Shown here piece after piece: positions 16,035-20,000 of a stretch of DNA of 20,000 bases. Location: IMG/VR virus record IMGVR_UViG_3300009786_004548; one strand, given 5' to 3'. The DNA is from an uncultured virus (IMG/VR IMGVR_UViG_3300009786_004548) (taxonomy: Duplodnaviria > Heunggongvirae > Uroviricota > Caudoviricetes). Every line of letters begins with the position of its first letter. Position 1 is the stretch's first letter. The position numbers and the translations under genes were made by a program. The notes below the pieces were generated by a model. The model was not told the origin of the DNA, ran no database searches, and was given only the letters and a program-made list of their open reading frames with translations.

Positions 16035-16607
16035 CTAATTTTTAAGACTCTTAAATATGCCCATGTTGTTGAACATTTCCATTTGATCCCGCATCCAATT
16101 TAAATTGCCTTCAAAAGCAACAATCCCAACATGCCCCAACCGAGCAATATCTTGACATATCTCCCAGTCATCACTATCGGCCAACATAGAACCCGAATCT
16201 GAGGACAAATAAGGAAAATAAATCACTTTTGAAATTTCCTCGTCAACAATACTTAACATACAATTAGAACACGGTGGACCAGTAACATATAACGTCGCCC
16301 CTGAAAGGCATTCGGACGAATATTTAATGGCATTCTCTTCTGCGTGCTTAATCAATGGGTACTTTCCCGCACGATCCAAAGCAGTATGTTTTGTCTCGTT
16401 TTTTCGTCCCCAATCCATTTTAGAATCATCAATTTTTTTAGGCGGGCCATTATATCCCATACCCAGAGGACGATTTTCATCACTAACTATTACCGCCCCA
16501 CATTGAGTCCGAGGATCTTTTGATCTAGATGAAGCCCAAAAAGCCTGTCCCATATAGTAGTCATGCTTCGAGGGGACATTTCTAGGATGAACAATTTTTT
16601 TTGTCAC
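16035..16607 (-). CDS. dCMP deaminase (cytidine/deoxycytidylate deaminase family)
   Basis: SKDPRTQCGAVIV, GYNG, HAEENAI and PCSNC zinc ligands. GTG start overlaps the upstream TGA (GTGA). Confidence 0.92.
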   Translation of the reverse strand: MTKKIVHPRNVPSKHDYYMGQAFWASSRSKDPRTQCGAVIVSDENRPLGMGYNGPPKKIDDSKMDWGRKNETKHTALDRAGKYPLIKHAEENAIKYSSECLSGATLYVTGPPCSNCMLSIVDEEISKVIYFPYLSSDSGSMLADSDDWEICQDIARLGHVGIVAFEGNLNWMRDQMEMFNNMGIFKSLKN

Positions 16608-17020
16608 GAATTAACCCCTGTCATCTGAAAAAAATCTATTTTATATTTATCTTGACTAAATCTAGAAGAAAAGTTTTTCAGCAATCTCTTTTGACCGGCA
16701 TCAAGATGCCTTTTGACAACAGGCTCAGGAAGAGGAATGGAAATTTGGTATCTAGAAACACCCTTAATTTTCATAGTAAATGAAATAGGTATTAAGCCCA
16801 ACAATATGTGGTCGCAACCTTCCACATAGCACACATCAGAAGATGAATCATAAGCATATCCCCCAATTGCTATCCCATCGCACTTTATACGACAAACTTT
16901 ATTATCGTCTTCATTTTCACTAACTGCCACAGCAACAACCAGAGTTTCTTCTTCCTCAAGAAAAACTTCTATAGAAGATTTTACATCTCTTACGTTTTTG
17001 TTATTTCCGCTTAATTTCAT
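16604..17020 (-). CDS. Hypothetical protein
   Basis: 138-aa ORF tightly packed between neighbours. Confidence 0.7.
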   Translation of the reverse strand: MKLSGNNKNVRDVKSSIEVFLEEEETLVVAVAVSENEDDNKVCRIKCDGIAIGGYAYDSSSDVCYVEGCDHILLGLIPISFTMKIKGVSRYQISIPLPEPVVKRHLDAGQKRLLKNFSSRFSQDKYKIDFFQMTGVNS

Positions 17021-17021
17021 T

Positions 17022-17381
17022 TTAAGAACATAAAAAACATAAAACCATTACTTGAACTAGCGTAACAAAAGCAGTGACTGGCAAGGCCCAATTTCTCACC
17101 TTGTGTGCGCCAGCCCAACTTTCTTTATAATAATATAAAAAAAGAAGAATACCCAAGACAAAAATCGTTCCCAACATCTTTGCCCCCATAAAGAGAGCAA
17201 CATCTCCATTGTCCATCCTAATAAGCATCCGACCTAACGGGTTAAGTTCTGCACTATATAGAGTATCTCTAAGCTTGACGGCAAGATATGAGTCATATGA
17301 TGCAACCAAGGAAATAAAAACTAACTGTATGTAAAATACTATACGGCTCACAACACTATTTTTACCTTTTATATTTTTCAC
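17022..17381 (-). CDS. Three-TM membrane protein, DUF5658-like (E-x-N-P motif)
   Basis: YDSYL...AELNPLGRMLI...FMGAKMLGT with three hydrophobic segments. Confidence 0.65.
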   Translation of the reverse strand: MKNIKGKNSVVSRIVFYIQLVFISLVASYDSYLAVKLRDTLYSAELNPLGRMLIRMDNGDVALFMGAKMLGTIFVLGILLFLYYYKESWAGAHKVRNWALPVTAFVTLVQVMVLCFLCS

Positions 17382-17402
17382 CCAATAAGAGAGAAAGCCT
17401 TC

Positions 17403-17612
17403 TTATTTATTCTTTTTTTTGTTCCTCTTCTTCTTTGGCTTTTTATTTGCTTTTACAAGCATTTCAACCTCAAAAGGGTGTGCGGTTCCATGACTATGCA
17501 CCGACGCCGCTGGTATTGGCGGAGCCAATCCCAAAGCCGCTGCACGTCTTCGTCTGGTGAAAGGACTGGATTCTTGTGCCAAAATCCAATCTTTAAAACT
17601 AATTATATCCAT
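17403..17612 (-). CDS. Small basic protein with capsid-targeting-like N-terminus
   Basis: N-terminus MDIISFKDWILAQE, internal RRRR, and C-terminal KKPKKKRNKKKNK. Confidence 0.7.
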   Translation of the reverse strand: MDIISFKDWILAQESSPFTRRRRAAALGLAPPIPAASVHSHGTAHPFEVEMLVKANKKPKKKRNKKKNK

Positions 17613-17616
17613 AAAA

Positions 17617-17624
17617 ATATATAT
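17617..17624 (-). promoter_or_regulatory. ATATATAT element 4 nt upstream of ATG 17612
   Basis: Minus strand reads ATATATAT-TTTT-ATG. Confidence 0.5.
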
Positions 17625-17626
17625 TG

Positions 17627-18718
17627 TTATTCAATTAAAAAATTTTCAGTCTCATCAACTAGCTTAGAAAGCCACTCCATATAAGGAGTTCCTCCCGTCC
17701 CTTTCGGATTATCAACTTTTTTATGAATATAATTTATGGCATACTCTAAATGTGTCTTCCTAAAATCTAATACCTCCTGTACGCAATCATTATAAAGATG
17801 TTTTTCCTCATCAGTTTTTACAAAATCTCTTAAATTCCTGTCGTTTTCTTGCTCTAAAATAAAATTACGATGAAATGGAGGCATATAATCTCTCATTACA
17901 TCAAGATGTTTTGTCAAAATAGATTCTTTGTGTTTAATTCCTAATGCAGCAATTACAGCCGGAACAATAGAACTTTGTGCCCCCGTTTCTCCACGAAATG
18001 TTTGAGGCTTATTATCAAAGCAATCTTCATAAACTACATTCTCAAAACTGAAAATATAAGGTCTAACCTTATTATAATAAAAATCAGGAGAACACCCCTC
18101 TGCCATCCGCAACATAGTTGCGTTTACTTTTTGAAAACTCAATTTCAACTTAGATAAACAATCAGAAAGAACTTCGGTGGGATCAGAAAAATAATCTATT
18201 ATGGCACCAATGCCTTCAGCCGCACGAGCCTCAATATCTACATGAACTAATATAAACCACGCCTCATGACTTGAATTATCTCCATGTGTAAAATATTGAA
18301 TTAAATCTAAATTATCTACAACTATATCTTTGTTGGGATCAAGTTTTTTCCAATTATAAAGACAATAGGAAGCATAAGAAAGAATTGGCTTTCGTCCAAC
18401 TACGCCTGCAAGATCGACCAAAGGAACTGATATCTCCTTAGGGATTCTGGATGCCGGTTCTTCATTAGTTGCAAAAACGTAAGAACTAGCAAAATACGAA
18501 TAAAGTCGCATTGCATGTTCTAATTCATCACCACTTCGCCACGACCCTCGGCTGAGATCAATCGCTTCTCTTAACCCATGCACCAACTCTTCCCTAACTC
18601 TCCTTTGGCTCATCCACTCAGGGATGTTCTTCCCCAATTCATCCAAATCTTTAAGATCATCGGAACTAATTAAAGGATCATTGCCAGGAAGAAACCCTCT
18701 TTTAATTTCCCAAGTCAT
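17627..18718 (-). CDS. Indoleamine 2,3-dioxygenase (heme IDO family)
   Basis: PILSYASYCLYNW, EAWFILVHVDIE, FYYNKVRPYI (substrate Arg), GETGAQSS, MRDYMPPFHRNF, FRKTH (proximal His) and GTGGT loop. Confidence 0.93.
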   Translation of the reverse strand: MTWEIKRGFLPGNDPLISSDDLKDLDELGKNIPEWMSQRRVREELVHGLREAIDLSRGSWRSGDELEHAMRLYSYFASSYVFATNEEPASRIPKEISVPLVDLAGVVGRKPILSYASYCLYNWKKLDPNKDIVVDNLDLIQYFTHGDNSSHEAWFILVHVDIEARAAEGIGAIIDYFSDPTEVLSDCLSKLKLSFQKVNATMLRMAEGCSPDFYYNKVRPYIFSFENVVYEDCFDNKPQTFRGETGAQSSIVPAVIAALGIKHKESILTKHLDVMRDYMPPFHRNFILEQENDRNLRDFVKTDEEKHLYNDCVQEVLDFRKTHLEYAINYIHKKVDNPKGTGGTPYMEWLSKLVDETENFLIE

Positions 18719-19010
18719 ATTTGCCCATCTTTAACAAAGCCAAGTTTTCTGTGTCCATTTCTTGTTTAAATTTATTATGAACTTCTAAAAGCTTCAAAAG
18801 TTTGGACTGTAATTTAAACAGCCATCTCTTTGTAATCTTATAACCAGTGTGATCAACAAAATGAGTCAATTCTCCAAATTCTAAATAATAAACCACAAAC
18901 TGCTTTTGCGCATCGGCTTTAAAATATTTAAATAAATACATTTTGTCTTTTGATAAATTGATCTCTAAAAACCTACCAGACAAAAATAATAAATTATGAT
19001 CAGAACTCAT
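18702..19010 (-). CDS. Hypothetical protein
   Basis: 102-aa ORF coupled to neighbours. Confidence 0.7.
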   Translation of the reverse strand: MSSDHNLLFLSGRFLEINLSKDKMYLFKYFKADAQKQFVVYYLEFGELTHFVDHTGYKITKRWLFKLQSKLLKLLEVHNKFKQEMDTENLALLKMGKYDLGN

Positions 19011-19011
19011 T

Positions 19012-19401
19012 TTATTCTACTAATTCAGAAACTTCAACACCCTTACAAATCTCCATGTACATAATTGTTACCCCTGCGGCAAAAAATTTAGGCACCCCTC
19101 GACTGGCACACTTATTCAAAATGCCTAAAACTAATTTAATTTGTTCTTCCTCATCTAATTCATATTTCTCTAATGCCTTATAAATCGCAGCTACCCCAGA
19201 AGTAATATCGGCATTAATTACAAGATCAATATAATTAGAAGAATGCATAATTTCATTAGGAATTTTACCACCCAAATGTATTTCTTCATACTTGAAGAAA
19301 TTAGCAATATACTCTTTAGACAAATTCCTAATGTCTTCAGCAAAATCAAGAGCGTTATTTTTTAAAAAACTACTTTCGTAAACAGCAGGTTGCAAATCCA
19401 T
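19012..19401 (-). CDS. Hypothetical helical protein
   Basis: 129-aa ORF with AGGAG Shine-Dalgarno (19414-19410). Confidence 0.75.
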   Translation of the reverse strand: MDLQPAVYESSFLKNNALDFAEDIRNLSKEYIANFFKYEEIHLGGKIPNEIMHSSNYIDLVINADITSGVAAIYKALEKYELDEEEQIKLVLGILNKCASRGVPKFFAAGVTIMYMEICKGVEVSELVE

Positions 19402-19443
19402 TTAAACTTCTCCTAAATTTTATCACTGTTGAAACATTTTGCA

Positions 19444-19472
19444 ATTAAAATGCAAATTAAGACTCAAGTCAA
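19444..19472 (-). promoter_or_regulatory. Sigma70-type promoter at the head of the leftward gene run
   Basis: Minus strand: TTGACT (19472-19467), 17-nt spacer, TTTAAT (19449-19444). An overlapping TTGCAA-N16-TAAAAT with extended TG lies just downstream. Confidence 0.55.
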
Positions 19473-19493
19473 TACATAAATGTAGGAGCAAAC

Positions 19494-20000
19494 ATGCAAA
19501 AAATCATTTTATCATTAATATTTGTAATTTCACTAGTGGCGGTGAGCGGATGCAACAATCTATCCCCTCGACAGGAAGAACATATTGATAATCAAAATGG
19601 AAAAATAGATGAAATAAGAAGCATTCAAAACGGAATATCAACCGAATTAGGCAACTTAAGAGCAGAAAACACCATCACTGATAGCGAATTAGAAGCCTTG
19701 CAACAAGGATGGGTTAACTTAAATGCCAGATTATCATCTAATAACAATTCCGGCATTCAAATACTACAAGGAGATGGGGCGCTTATAATGGTGTTTTCCC
19801 TTTCCATTGTAGGCATGTTGCTTTGGCACTATAGAGATAAAGCTAAAAAATCAGAAAAGGTTGCCGAAATTCTAGCTCAAGAAATAGTCGGAAAAAAAGA
19901 TCCCGCACTTGAAGACAAAGTGTTCTTGGCCGCTAGGCATACCAATGTAGAAGCCAAAGTATATCACTTGATGGTTAAAGCTCAAAAGAAAGACAACTAA
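19494..20000 (+). CDS. Predicted lipoprotein with coiled coil and an internal transmembrane helix
   Basis: Signal MQKIILSLIFVISLVAVSG|C (lipobox VSGC), heptad-rich region, TM ALIMVFSLSIVGMLLWHY, AGGAG Shine-Dalgarno, TAA at 19998-20000. Confidence 0.75.
   Translation: MQKIILSLIFVISLVAVSGCNNLSPRQEEHIDNQNGKIDEIRSIQNGISTELGNLRAENTITDSELEALQQGWVNLNARLSSNNNSGIQILQGDGALIMVFSLSIVGMLLWHYRDKAKKSEKVAEILAQEIVGKKDPALEDKVFLAARHTNVEAKVYHLMVKAQKKDN

Noticed and set aside
463..18157. Remaining short ORFs in the track (e.g. 463-660, 1271-1501, 3930-4151, 9340-9552, 10686-10922, 13441-13683, 17975-18157)
   Set aside because: All are antisense or out-of-frame overlaps of well-supported genes.
1..20000. Stop-codon reassignment, as seen in some large phages
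   Set aside because: Conserved enzymes read through intact in the standard code and end at TAG (ugd, dCMP deaminase), TGA (decarboxylase) and TAA; coding density is already high.
1..20000. Eukaryotic giant virus or archaeal Borg origin
   Set aside because: Shine-Dalgarno sites, ATGA/TAATG coupling, a lipobox, GroES, PhoH and sigma70-like promoters favour a bacterial virus. This is not formally excluded without hallmark genes.

Overview
AT-rich, very gene-dense 20 kb segment, most likely from a large tailed bacteriophage (T4-like or jumbo myovirus type). This is inferred from PhoH, a lone GroES, dCMP deaminase, a BppU-like virion protein, several small ORFs with T4 capsid-targeting-like N-termini (M-x-F-K-x-F/W-(I/L)-E), bacterial Shine-Dalgarno sites, stop/start overlaps, and the absence of ribosomal or other core cellular operons. 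The standard bacterial code fits: TAA, TAG and TGA all end conserved genes. Most genes lie on the minus strand. The window carries an unusually rich set of metabolic genes. These are an intact heme indoleamine 2,3-dioxygenase (IDO), a ThDP-dependent pyruvate/indolepyruvate-type 2-oxo-acid decarboxylase, an NAD(P)+ aldehyde dehydrogenase, an A-type Fe-S carrier, UDP-glucose dehydrogenase, RmlA, a GT2, DnaJ and a catalytically degenerate dUTPase. The most striking candidate system is the co-oriented IDO + IpdC/Pdc-like + ALDH set, a possible virus-borne tryptophan/aromatic 2-oxo-acid catabolic module (auxin-like IPyA route or pyruvate dehydrogenase bypass). Other signals are a fixed-spacing ATATATAW-N4-ATG motif before four genes, several perfect tandem repeats, and a virion protein with nested domain insertions. 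No tRNA, rRNA, CRISPR array or transposase was recognised. All calls come from reading motifs by eye; no database search was run.
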